Assembly: GCF_964194025.1 (NCBI RefSeq)
Contig: NC_134475.1
Location: 44,888,001 to 44,952,000 of the forward strand
Source: Convolutriloba macropyga
Lineage: Eukaryota
Reading direction: 5' to 3'
DNA: 64,000 nucleotides
Position numbers and translations under genes: made by a program. The notes under the pieces are model-generated. The model was not told the origin of the DNA, did not search any database, and was given only the letters and a program-made list of their open reading frames with translations. Positions 36,001 to 48,699 of the stretch are shown piece by piece (positions within the stretch are counted from its first letter, which is position 1; every line of letters starts with the position of its first letter).

Positions 36001-39000
36001 TAGGTAACCAGCAGGTAGCTTAGCATCCAATACACAAGTTATCTTTTACCAATTCATTTCATATGTACAAGTTAAAAATCGTTTAGGTAAGCAGCAGGTA
36101 GATTAGGATCTAATACACAAGTTATTTTCCACCAACCCTCATTATATGCACAAGTTAAAACTCGCTTGGGTAACCAGCAGGTAGCTTAGGATCCAATACA
36201 CAAGTAATGATTTACCAATACATTTCATATGTACAAATTAAAAATCGTTTAGGTAAGCAGCAGGTAGATTAAGATCCAATACACAAGTTATTTTCCAACA
36301 ACCCTCTTCATATGTACAAGTTAAAATTGGCTTAGTTAACCAGCAGTTAACTTAGGAACCAATACACAAGGTATTTTTCACCAAAACTCTTCATATGTAC
36401 AAGTTAAATCTCGCTTGGGTTACCAGCAAGTAGCTTAGGATCCAATACAAGTTGTTTTTCGCCAATACTCTTCAAATGTACAAATTAAAAACCGCTTAGG
36501 TAACCATCAGGTAGCTTAGGATCCAAAACACAAGGTACTTTTTACCAATGATCTTCATATGTACAAGTTAAAACTCGCTTAGGTAACCGGCAGGCAGCTT
36601 AGGATCCAATACACAAGCTGTTTTTCACCAATACTCTTCAAATGTACAAGTTAAAGCTCGCTTAGGTAACCAGCAGGTATTTCAGGATCCAATACACAAG
36701 TAATATTTTACCAATACTCTTTATATGTAAAAGTTAAATTTCGCTTGGGTAACCAGCAGGTAGCTTAGAATCCAATTCACAAGGTAGTTTTCACCAAAAC
36801 TCTTCATATGTACAAATTAAAACTCGCTTGCGTAACCATCGGGTAGCTTGGGATCAAATACACCACTTTTTTTTCACCAATTCTCTTCATATGTACAAGT
36901 TAAAAATCGCCTAGGTAATCAGCAGGCAGATTAGGATCCAATACACAAGTTATTTTCCACCAACCCTCTATTTATAAACAAGTTAAAACTCGCTTAGGTA
37001 ACCAGCAGGTAGCTTAGGGTCCAATACAGAAGATATTTTTCTACCAATACTCTTCAAATGTACAAGTTAAAAACTGCTTAGATAACAAGCAGGTAGCTTA
37101 GGATCCAAAAGACTATGTACTTTTCACCAATGCTCTTCATATGTACATGTTGAAACTCGATTAGGTAACCAGCCGGTAGCTTAGAATCCAATACACAAGG
37201 TATTTCTCACAAATACTCTTGGTATGTACAAGTTAAAAATTGCTTAGGTTACCAGCTCGTAGATTAGGATCCAATACACAAGTTATTTTTACCAAAACTC
37301 TTCATATGTACAAGTTAAAACTTGCTTGCGTAACCAGCGGGTAGCTTAGGATCGAATACACAACTTATTTTTCACTAATACTCTTCATATTTACAAGTTG
37401 AAAATCGCTCAGGTAACCAGCAGGTAGCTTAGGTTCCAAGACACAAGATATTTTTCTAACAAAACTCTTCAAATGTACAAGTTAAAACTAGCTTAGGTAA
37501 CCAGCAGGCAGCTTAGGATCCAGTACACAAGCTGTTTTTTACCAATTCTCTTCAAATATACAATTTTAAAACTCGCTTAGGTAACCAGCAGGTAGCTTAG
37601 CATCCAATACACAAGTTATCTTTTACCAATTCATTTCATATGTACAAGTTAAAAATCGTTTAGGTAAGCAGCAGGTAGATTAGGATCTAATACACAAGTT
37701 ATTTTCCAACAACCCTCATTATATGCACAAGTTAAAACTCGCTTGGGTAACCAGCAGGTACCTTAGGATCCAATACACAAGTAATGATTTACCAATACAT
37801 TTCATATGTACAAATTAAAAATCGTTTAGGTAAGCAGCAGGTAGATTAAGATCCAATACACAAGTTATTTTCCAACAACCCTCTTCATATGTACAAGTTA
37901 AAATTGGCTTAGTTAACCAGCAGTTAACTTAGGAACCAATACACAAGGTATTTTTCACCAAAACTCTTCATATGTACAAGTTAAATCTCGCTTGGGTTAC
38001 CAGCAAGTAGCTTAGGATCCAATACAAGTTGTTTTTCACCAATACTCTTCAAATGTACAAATTAAAAACCGCTTAGGTAACCATCGGGTAGCTTAGGATC
38101 CAAAACACAAGGTACTTTTTACCAATGATCTTCATATGTACAAGTTAAAACTCGCTTAGGTAACCGGCAGGCAGCTTAGGATCCAATACACAAGCTGTTT
38201 TTCACCAATACTCTTCAAATGTACAAGTTAAAGCTCGCTTAGGTAACCAGCAGGTATTTCAGGATCCAATACACAAGTAATATTTTACCAATACTCTTTA
38301 TATGTACAAGTTAAATTTCGCTTGGGTAACCAGCAGATAGCTTAGCATCCAATACACAAATCATCTTTGACCAATACATTTCATATGTACAAGTTAAAAA
38401 TCGCTTAGGTAAGCACCAGGTAGATTAAGATCCAATACACAATTTATTTTCCAACAACCCTCTTTATATGTACAAGTTAAAACTGGCTTAGGTAATTAGC
38501 AGGTAGCTTAGCATCCAATACACAAATTATCTTTGACCAATACATTTCAAATGTACAAAATAAAACTCGCTTGGGTAACCAGCAGGTAGCTTAGGATCCA
38601 ATACACAAGTGATGTTTTACCAATACATTTCATATGTACACGTTAAAAATCGCTTACGTAAGCAGCAGGTAGATTAAGATCCAAAACACAAGTTATTTTC
38701 TAACAACCCTCTTCATATGTACAAGTTAAAACTGGCTTAGGTAACCAGCAGGTAGCTTAGGATCCAATACACAAGATATTTTTCACAAAAACTCTTCATA
38801 TGTACAAGTTAAATCTCGCTTGGGTAACCAGCAGGTAGCTTAGGATCCAATACAAAATGTTTTTCACCAATACTCTTCATATGTACAAATTAAAAACCGC
38901 TTAGGTAACCATCAAGTAGCTTAGGATCCAAAACAGAAGGTACTTTTTACCAATGCTCTTCATATGTACAAGTTAAAACTCGCTTAGGTAACCAGCAGGT

Positions 39001-39835
39001 AGATTAGGATCCAATACACAAGTTATTTTCCAACAACCCTCTTTATATGTACAAGTTAAAACTGGCTTAGGTAATTAGCAGGTAGCTTAGGATCCAATAC
39101 ACAAGGTATTTTTCACCAAAACTCTTCATATGTACAAGTTAAAACTCGCTTAGTAACCAGCAGTTAGCTTAGGATCCAATACAAGTTGTTTTTCACCAAT
39201 ACTCTCCATATGTACAAATTAAAAACCGCTTAGGTAACCATCAAGTACCTTAGAATCCAAAACAGAAGGTACTTTTTACCAATGCTCTTCATATGTACAA
39301 GTTAAAACTCGCTTAGGTAACCAGCAGGCAGCTTAGTGTCCAATACAAAAGCTGTTTTTCACCATACTCTTCAAATGTACAAGTTAAAACTCGCTTAGGT
39401 AACCAGCAGGTATTTCAGGATCCAATACACAAGTAATATTTTACCAATACTCTTTTTATGTACAAGTGAAAACTCGCTTGCGTAACCATGTAATCAGCAG
39501 GTAGCTTAGCATCCAATACACAAGTTATCTTTTACCAATACATTTTATATGTACAAGTTAAAAATCGCTAAGGTAAGCAGCAGGTAGATTAGTACCCAAT
39601 GCACAAGTTATTTTCCAATAACCCTCTTTAGATGTACAAGTTAAAACTCGGTTAAGTAACCAGCAGGTAGCTTAGGATCCAACACACAAGATACTTTTCT
39701 ACCAATAGTCTTCAAATGTACAAGTTAAAAACTGCTTGGGTAACCAGCAGGTAGCTTAGGATCCAATACACAAGTTATTTTTCTCAATACTCATTTATGT
39801 ACGAGTTAAAATTCGCTTCGGTAACCAACAGCTTA
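33020..39835 (+). repeat. Satellite B long array (about 82 copies) with higher-order duplications
   Basis: B consensus; fades into degenerate units up to about 39960. Confidence 0.97.
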
Positions 39836-40149
39836 TGAACAAAGACACAATTTTTTTAATCAATGCTCTAATTAGACACAATAAAAAAACTGATTGGGCA
39901 CAACCCGGCTTCTTTAGTTTGAAACAAAATTTTTACTTCACCAATACTCCGTTTATAGGCAAAGCTCGAGCAGATAAACAGAGAGCACTTTTTACGATGC
40001 ACACTGATTACGTAAAGCACAAAAGAACTTAACCTAATCACGCTTTTGTTTCTAAAAAAAACTATTAAAAGAAACTTGATCAATAAACAATAAATTGAGC
40101 AAAATTCACAGTATACAGACATTTTCAAGGTTTAGTTCAAATCAACAGC

Positions 40150-41465
40150 AGTTTCAATGGCTAAATCTGGTTTTTTAAGATTATATTATCAGAGCTTGGC
40201 GAGCTTTTGTGGCCTCTCTTCTTTCAAACTTGGCTTCTTGATAGAACGGCACTTTCTTTATTATACGCTTCAACTTTTGGTTGCGGCTGCAAAGTAATAC
40301 TCTTTTGCTTTTACCCATGCCCTTGCTGCCTCAGTGGCATTCTTTCTAGCCTCCTTCAGCTTCAACGCGCCCGCGTTGCAATAAACCCGTGCTTATTTTT
40401 CATCTTTATAGCATCTGTACATTTTTCACCTTGCTGAGCCATTGCTGTTGGAAAAAGCAGGGATGGGTTTGTTCTCATGACCCATCTCTCGGCGCTGGGG
40501 GAGAGACATGGGTTTTCAGACTCCTGTAAAACGATATAATTTGATATTAGAGATGTACACAATCGGGGATGACAATGCAATTACAGTTAGCTGTAGTGGG
40601 TAGGTACAGAAAATCAAGCAAGAGAAAGATACTCACTTTCCATAGACATTTGAAGCGAACTTTAGGAGGGTGAAGAATCGCTTTGTCTAGGCTCGTAGAG
40701 ATCTCTTTGTCAGTAGTCAAGTCGACAGCCAAATTCTCTGTACCCCGTCTAGTTATAGGGTTCCCTTCTTGATTTTAACAATCTGCGAATGAAATTTCGT
40801 CACCTGAAATTTAACCAAGTTGTTTTCTGATTTATTCAATTATATTTTGGATCTACTTCAGCTTGGCGTGCAAAATCCTTTTGCTTTCACGATCCTTTTT
40901 GACTCTTTAATCATAATAACTAGCCTGATTTGTCTAGGTCAGACAGAATTTAACTTACAATTACAACATTGTAGAATAATCAGTTTTGGAGTGATACAAA
41001 TTACGTTATATGTCACAGTAAAAGTGAGTGGGATCGAATTACCTGTCAAATTTGCTCGCTGGTAGTCCTTATTCTAATCCACTGTCAACATCGCCTGTAG
41101 TATTCAAGACAACACGAAAAAAAAAGCTTTTCTGGAATATTGTACTGGTAAACGAATTAAGAAGAGAACTGGATAACTTCCCGAAGGTAAGAGTTGCTGT
41201 AAAGTGATTAACTGTAATCTTTATAAATAGTCCAGACCGAGAATTGATTCGTTGTTTCTTCAAGTTGAACACTTGATACAGCTGTCAGCACTTACCCCCC
41301 ACAAATATGCTTTGAAGTGTCACATTATTACTCTTCCATGTTTTCGTATATTTCTTAGTTCGCCGGGTTGCTTCTGCAGAATTACAATTGTGTCAATTTG
41401 TGGTTTTAAAATGGGGCGAATGTTATTTGTAGCATGTTGTTCTTTTGCTCCACTATGGCGGCAAC
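40150..41465 (-). pseudogene. Four-exon spliced pseudogene of unknown function (exons ~41465-41296, 41094-41043, 40803-40637, 40523-~40150)
   Basis: Three GT-AG introns (donors GTAAGT, GTAATT, GTGAGT; acceptors CTACAG, TTTCAG, TTTTACAG) with compatible phases 0, 1, 0; one stop in each of exons 1-3. Confidence 0.6.
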
Positions 41466-41579
41466 TACAACTAATCTCAAAGTAAACAAATACAATTAGA
41501 CACAGCGCTTCGATAAACAGGACAATTGAAATTACTACAGTTGTAGAATTTGAACTAAATCTTCAGAGAGGCGAAAGTG

Positions 41580-41739
41580 CAAATAGCCGAACATTTTTCT
41601 TTTCCCAGAAAATGTTTTTCTCCTCCCATGACCCTTCAAACAATTCCCCAATTTTTTCGGAAAAGTGATTTTTTGGTCAAAAAGCCGAAATGTCCCCCCC
41701 CCAAACCGTAGAGGTTACTACACAGCTATGTATACTACT
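41580..41739 (-). mobile_element. Candidate right terminal inverted repeat end of the Polinton
   Basis: Reverse complement begins AGTAGTATACATAGCTGTGTAGTAACC, matching the AGTAGT terminus known for many Polintons; sequence becomes very AT-rich beyond it. Confidence 0.55.
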
Positions 41740-43050
41740 AATAAGCCATTTTATATTTAAAAATCAAATATTTTTCATAGGCTTTCAAGTAATAAACTAC
41801 ATACAATAATTTGGAGCTAATTAGAGAGCAAACTTGACTTATCCCCAGTGGGCTTTGATTGAAATGTTCTGTTATTTAATTAAATTATGAAAAAAATCAA
41901 TTTTTTTAATAAAAAAAACCGACTGATTACAATCCGAGTTTTTTGGATTGTAACTGTCCAAGATTGGTCCCAAATTAATTCTGCTAGTTCTGTTGTTCCA
42001 TTAAAAACACTAAATTTTTCAAATGTTATAGATAAAGATATTTTGTTATTTAAAAAAATTTTTTGTTATTCAAAAATAAATGCTGCGTTTTTGATAATCA
42101 ACGAGTAAAGTTAGCAAAAACGGGCAAAGTTTTAATTACGGAGCACTCATAACGGAAATTGAAGTATAAATAGCCCCTTTTTGAGTCTGCGAAGATTGTG
42201 TTAGTGTTGTTTGGGGATTGTGGTTTTGTGTTTTGTGGATTGCCTTTGCACTTCCTGTAAATTTAATCAAAGGGGACTAAAGAAACTTATTTCGTGCTGT
42301 TTTTGACGAAAAAGTCTGAATTTTGAAAAATTTGGACAGATGTTTTGACAAAAAAATTAGATAAAAAAGCCGACCACAATTTTTTGTCTTTGAAAATGAA
42401 ATCAACAACACTTTCTTTAGAGAATTTATAAAATCTTAGCAAAATTAGCAAAATTCCTGAAAATGTGAATAAAATCAAAGGAATTCACTCTTGTTTAAAT
42501 CTCGATAATTCTCTGTAAAAAACGAAAATCAGAAATTTTTTTTAACTTTCGGCTACGATGAACATATCGATCGGCCAAAATTTAAATTTCTTTACTCTCT
42601 ACGATGAATAAATCGATCGGCCAAAATTGTCTGAACAAAAAAACCCATTTGAGTATATATTTTCTCCCCCTCCCCCCTCCTCAAGAGGGGTCGGAACAAT
42701 TAAAATTGATCTTTAAAATGAATAAAGATGAGGATATTTTATTAACAGACATGGATCAAATATAGTTTAAATCAAATGATGGAGCCTTTATATAACACTT
42801 TAAAATAATATATGCAAAAACAACGGCTAGGATTTTTAAAACTAAAAATTCAGGTTGTTCTGCTAGGTTAGCGACATAACAATGGATACAATGCTATAAA
42901 CAAAAAGAATCAGTTACATAGTATAATCCACAATAAAAGATTCTTATATAAAAAAGCACATTTGTTTGGTACTGGCATATAATATGCACCCACTAAACTG
43001 GGGGCAGAAACAATAAATCCCAATTTCTTGTTATTTCTTGTTCTAGCTGA

Positions 43051-43307
43051 CCCCCGTTGAGAATTTCGTCGGAATAAAACATAAGAAATCGTCGATTTTC
43101 GTCGGTTTTACTTTGCCAAAACCGATCAAAGCCCTTACGTTCTTTTCGTCGTTTTGATCAGTTTTCGTCGGGATTCAAACGTCAGAATCGTCGGTTTTCG
43201 TCGGTTTTAAACGTAAGAAGCGTCGGTTTTCGTCGGTTTCAAAACGTAAGATGCGTCGGTTTTCGTCGGTTTTAAACGTAAGAAACGTCGGTATTTCTCA
43301 ACGCGGG
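43051..43307. mobile_element. Non-autonomous CMC/EnSpm-like DNA transposon (257 bp)
   Basis: Terminal repeats CCCCCGTTGAGAA and TTCTCAACGCGGG (12/13 match), 2-bp flanking duplication GA, internal TTTCGTCGG motifs in ~33-bp units. Confidence 0.7.
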
Positions 43308-43432
43308 GAGCGACAAAGAAGGTTATCCCGTAGTGACGAGATCATCATTACATCGCTAATCGTACATTTTGAGCAAACTAATTTGCTTGCAAATGTCAGC
43401 GTTGTCCGCTCGCCCAAGTTATAACATTTGGC

Positions 43433-43597
43433 GGATCTTTTCCGTTTGTGCCCCCCCCCCCAGCTTACTGGGTGCATATTATTTGCAACCCCCAGAGGCA
43501 CGTGCAATATTTTTACATAATGATTTACTATGTAATGACACGTGCTCTGTAACTGGGGCGAGCATAACGTCCTGGGGGGCACAAACAGAAAAAATCC
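43433..43597. repeat. Palindromic MITE-like foldback
   Basis: Outer arms GGATCTTTTCCGTTTGTGCCCCCC..CAG and CTGGGGGGCACAAACAGAAAAAATCC; inner arms GCACGTG..TTACATA and TATGTAA..CACGTGC. Confidence 0.65.
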
Positions 43598-44238
43598 CAT
43601 TTGGCTTTACAACAGTGACAGAAAGGGAAACTAGTTCAAATTTGCTCAAAAGTGAGAATATTCGTTACTGATATCCGCGATTGTGGAACTTGATCACGAG
43701 CGAGAAGCGCTGACAGATTTGTGTCACTTTTGTCCGGAAATTTATGTCAAGCTAATGTATCTACTTCCCGTGATTTGAACATCACTGATTCTCGCAGTTG
43801 AATTGTCACTGTTATGTCCACAATTGAACAATATTTCTTCTGGTAAGTAGTGACAAAGGGTCGTCTCTCTTTTTCGCATACGCGGAGACTGCTGAATTTG
43901 TAAGATTGATAATTACTCTTATGAGTCTCAATTCTTTAAATAAACTTAAGGGTGTGTTGTCAGTATGATGCAAGATAAATGAATCAAAAAATGGAAATAT
44001 CTGAATCATGCATGTAGTAAATGTGCTGAATGTGTTGAAAGTTTGTAAATAGATCCCATGTTTGTTATATGAAATGAAAACATTGGAAAACAGTAAGCTC
44101 GCCGCCGTGAGCACATTTATCACGTAACGTAATCTCAATTCTTACCGAAAACTTACCAATGCTAAGTCTCACACAATACTTATATAATATTCAAAATTTG
44201 ATCAAGGAAACATCTTGGCGTCTATTTCTTGTGTGACG

Positions 44239-44450
44239 TCAGGGCCAGAGGTTCTCATCCACCAAGGAAATTTGCGTAGGTGACAGAGTGATATATACAT
44301 CAAGGGAAGCGTCCAACACACTGAGTTCTACATTGAGTGTTACTGTACTGTCTCCTATGTTAACAATTGAGATATCGAACGGGTAGGCTTGCGGGTTCCA
44401 TCCGTGTGATAGAGTGGAGCAATCTTCTCTGTCGTACGAATAGACGCACG
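44239..44450 (-). CDS. Possible host gene exon, product unknown
   Basis: TTTTTAG acceptor at 44451-44457, a more GC-balanced open frame ACVYSYDREDCSTLSHGWNPQAYPFDISIV..; no partner exon identified. Confidence 0.3.
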
Positions 44451-46650
44451 CTAAAAACATTACCATATAAAATTACAGTCTTACATCAGTTTTCCATCCA
44501 TTTTACTATAGTATTCCGTTACATAAGAGTTAGACTGGAATTCTGATTTTTTAATTAAAAATTTCTAAAAGGAGAAAGGATTGTTTTGTCTTGTATATCA
44601 GGATGTTGCTATTTTTGACGGATTTTTGACAGTTTTTTAGAATTGAAATGGCTTTTTCTTCGCTATTTATTAGAAAATTAGTTTTGAGCTTTTTTAAACC
44701 TAAAAATTGGCCGTTTTGGACAGTTTTTTTTCATTGCACTGTAGTTAGGGTGTCGAGTAACATTATCTCTACATATATCGGAAATGAAATGGGTTACAGA
44801 TAAAACGCACCTTTTGAAACTCAGCAAAGCTACTATGTTTGTTAACGTCAGAGTTGTCGGCGCTAAGAAACACAAAATTACGTGGAAATGGCGATGAATT
44901 TGTTGAATTTATGGCTGATTACGCTAAAAGCATTCATAGGAAATTGTCATTGGTCATTGTTTATAAGCTTTATTTTTTATATATTATATCGTTTTCTAGC
45001 GCTGATCTCACATAGATTAACTCCTTACACTTAGTGATTCTCTTTCATAAGTTAAAGTTTATCTGATGTTGATCTTGAATAGAATCCGGAAATTAAAAAC
45101 AGTAAACTCGTGTGAAATGAATTTTGCGGCGGTTTATGAGTTTAAGCCAAAAAAGGATGTTGTGCGGCTCAGGTCTTCCGCCTGCCAGAGCTGGAAAACT
45201 TTATCAGTTTAAATTTTCATATTTTTAAAACTGTGCAAAATGAGCTGTGTGCTGGATTTAGAGTAGTCAAGATTAAATTTTTTCTTAGCTCTTTATTTGT
45301 AAAGGTAATTTTTTGATTGAGGCCAAGTGGTGGGAGGGGGGAGGGTTTCTCAAGAATTATTTCCCACTGCACATAGAGTTTTTTTAAGCGTTGATATATC
45401 ATGAATCACATTTTCTTAGGATTGATTCTGTTTGAGTTACTTTGGGGTTGATAATATAATTTTGCACTTTTCAACTATAGCAATGAACAATTCAGCGGTA
45501 TCAAATTAGAGCGGGCTGCTACAGCTCACACAATGCTGGATCTCTTTATGTATGCCGATCTAACTTGAGAACAGATATAACAAATCGAAGACAAAGATAT
45601 ATGCCTAAGACCGGTTTGTGCTATATATCCCAATATAAAAATTGGGGGCTGAAATAGTTAATTTATAGAAGAATGAATATAAACTTATACGATTACTAAT
45701 TACCAGTTGAATAGTCAAATCGAGATGAGCTGGGGATTCCTATTGTTGTGGTGTTGAGCCGAAAATACAATCTTCTGATATTGAAATTGACTTTCTGAGG
45801 ACTCAAAAAATTGTTGTTGGTATAATTTGAAAAAAATGGTTTTCTTCTAGTTTAGTCTAGAACATTTCTGAAGATTTATCTCAAGAAAGGAAGACGACTG
45901 TTGTCTTCAGTCTGACGAAATTTCAAAAAAAGTTTTTGTTCCAACTTTAATGGGAACAATCCTAAAAAATTATTCTCAGCTCCGTTTGGGCCGAAAGAGG
46001 GCTGGGGGACCATGCACACACGTTCACAGTGGAACGGCCTCTTAATTTTCCTATTGGCCGAGAAATCGAGAGAATTATTTGTGCTCATCTCAAGAAATTA
46101 TATTGTTCGTCTGTTAAAAAGTATAAGAAAAACGGGAGCTTTTGAGTATGTCTCATCATTGCGTAGGCACCCTAATTCTTCCCCTTCTGCTCTTGTAACC
46201 TTGAAGTTCAATGGGGAATTTATTGCTTTTCATCAGATGCACCTGCTTGTTTTTAGTAGTTCCACTGAGTTGCAAATGTCAGTCAAAGAGAAGGGAAATT
46301 GAGCACTGTTAGCGGCGCCTGCTCTTGTTTAGTTCTAATTCCAGTCTGGATTTGGTCTTGGATAATGCAGGCCTAAGCAGAGGCTTGTTTGTTAATTAGG
46401 AAAGTAAAGGTTCAATTGTTAATATACTGTTAGCGCAAGCGCGCGTTAATTTGATTTGCGGGTGCTAAGAGTTGTAGCAATTAACACTTAAATGTATGCG
46501 GCCGATTTGCTTTGCAGGATTAATTATCTGCTCGTTTCTAGCAGTTCTGTAATATTACAGTTCACCCCGATTTTCAGTTTCAAAAAAAATTATGAAGGTT
46601 AAAATACATCAAATGAAAATTTAAATAAAAGGCAGCCAGTCTAAGTTTTG

Positions 46651-47047
46651 TGATAGTGTTGAAGTATACTCGTATCAACTCTTGGTACTGACTTGCAATG
46701 AAGTTAGGTAATGACGTGCCGAAGAACACAACTGTTGGAGATGAGAAAAAACTGATTTAAAGTTTAATAATTTAACGACAATAAGTATGTTGAAATGTGA
46801 ATGCAATCGCAAAGGCGATAAAACACAAATTGTATAAAAACAATAGCGAATGGCGACATATTGGGTGTTGCTTATAATACTGGTTAAAACCTATTGCGTT
46901 ATTGGTTCAAACGGTAAAGAGGTTACAAGGTGCCGGGAATTGGTAATTCAGCTAAATAGAATTACATCAAAAACTCGGGAGGTAAAGCAATGGGACTGTG
47001 GACTAGACTATTCCTATTATCAATCACGTCAACCAATTCCACTATGT
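46651..47047 (-). repeat. Candidate 3' LTR
   Basis: Preceded on the minus strand by purine tract AAAAGAGAAGGA; ends ATAGTG...CACTATCA; contains CCAAT, TATAA and ATTAAA in order. No second LTR visible to confirm. Confidence 0.45.
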
Positions 47048-48699
47048 CCTTCTCTTTTGCTGAAAAAAAAGTCCATGGGATATTATGTTGCTTGCTTTGA
47101 TTTCTTCTTCATTTTTTCCGTTTTTGGTGATACAGCTTTCGTTTCGTTTTTTCTAGTTCTTCATTTAGTTCTTTAACCATGCACAAGCTTTTTCTTCTCA
47201 GTACCTAGTTTTTGATTCGCCGAGATGATTTCAATTTTTTTGGGCTTATGCGTTGTTCATCTGTTTCAGATTGCTTTCATCTTTTTTCTGTAGCTGCTTT
47301 GTCAGTCTGTATTGGCGTCTTCATTAGTCGTCTGTTGTTGTCTTTTCCGTTTCATTGCTCTCCATTTTCAAGGAGCTCTTGTAACTCCGTTGCTTTCAAG
47401 AAACATTTTTGCCTGAATTTAGAGTTTTTGGAGATTAAGGATTCTTTTGTGGTTTCCTCGTGGTAGTCTTATATGAATGGGAAGGCGATAATACTAATAT
47501 AGTGCACATCGGCTCAAATGTCTAACCAGTTTTTTTGATGTTTAATGTTTTTGAAACTTTGAGTCTCGATTTTTAATTCTCCAGGCGTTTAGTTCACAAT
47601 GTAACAAAAACTCTTGTATAATGGGTATGTTTGAAGATTGAAGAAGAGTTTTCATGAAGTGTTCTCCTATGGTGACATTTTGGGTTTTGATTTTGTATCA
47701 GACGACAGACTTTTTAAAATCTCGTTTTATGGAATAGTTGAGATTCGCCACGAACCTCGGATTTTCTGTGTTCATTTTTGTTTCTTTGATTTTTTGTGTA
47801 ATTAGGCAATGGTTGGGATTAATTCTGTCCTTGTCGTCAATATTAGACACTCTTTTGATTTTTTTTGGGATTGGCCGTTGGTCGTTTTGTCCAGTGTCTG
47901 CAGCTGGTCTCTTTCGGTTGACTTTCCATTTGTTTTGAACGCATGGGAGTGAAAAATGGTGTTGCCAAGTGTGCGCCAATGGGCTAGAAAGGAGGAGCTG
48001 CAAATGGTTGTTTCAGTTGTTGTTGTTTCGGAGTTGGTAAGACTACACTCTTTCGCCAGCGGTTTTCTGGTTATTTTGCAATATTTGTTGCTTGGGATCT
48101 AAAATATTTTTTTATTATTTTGCCTGTGTCATAAGTATCACACATTATGGCGTATTTTCTTGTCTGCACTTATATTGCTACTTCTTGTAAAAAGTATTTT
48201 TCTATTTTTTTTGTTGCTAATTGCTCTAATTAATAACATTTACGGTAATTGCATTTAGTAGTAGGGTTTTTAAAAAGGTTTTCGTTTTGCAGATAGCTAT
48301 TTTTCGAAGTTTCTGTCTTTTTGTTTAGTTTGTGTTCTGGCTCAGCCCTCCCCACGAAATAAATAACATAAAAATTTAAAATTGGTCAGGAATATAACAA
48401 AATTTGCGTGCAACTTTATTTCTTGCCAGTTTTTCTGAGCTTTTCCAGCAGATATATCTCAACACCACTTATGGGAATATAGGCTGACGGACAGATATTT
48501 GAGAATAGACGCTTGACTGAACCGTAAAATAAGGTTGTTTTTCAATACAGAGCATTTACCTAATGAGTTGGTACACATTCTGCAGAATATTTCTTCGTAA
48601 TTCTGGAAGTGTTTTTTTTGTTACTGCTAAATGCGTTTGGAGTTTTCTGCAAGAGTAACATATAATATGATATGTTATCGTGAATGCCATGCATGTTCT

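Larger units (their letters stand above)
1..41739 (+). mobile_element. Decayed Polinton/Maverick (adintovirus-like) element, left part outside the window, inflated by internal duplications and satellite expansion
   Basis: Co-oriented minor capsid, core, major capsid, adenain and pPolB pseudogenes (1-10963); candidate ...TATACTACT terminus at 41734-41739. Identity of 1-11 kb is firm; extension to 41739 is inferred. Integrase and packaging ATPase are not seen in the window. Confidence 0.75.

Noticed and set aside
11420-39835. CRISPR-like array
   Set aside because: The variable parts of the units are homologous variants of each other, not unique spacers; eukaryotic context and no cas genes.
18248-39835. 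Telomeric repeat (TTAGG / GCTTAGG)
   Set aside because: The motif occurs only once or twice per 83-bp unit and never in tandem.
42555-42630. ACGATGAA..ATCGATCGGCCAAAATT direct repeat
   Set aside because: Only two copies and no element ends found; probably a fragment of an unrecognised repeat.
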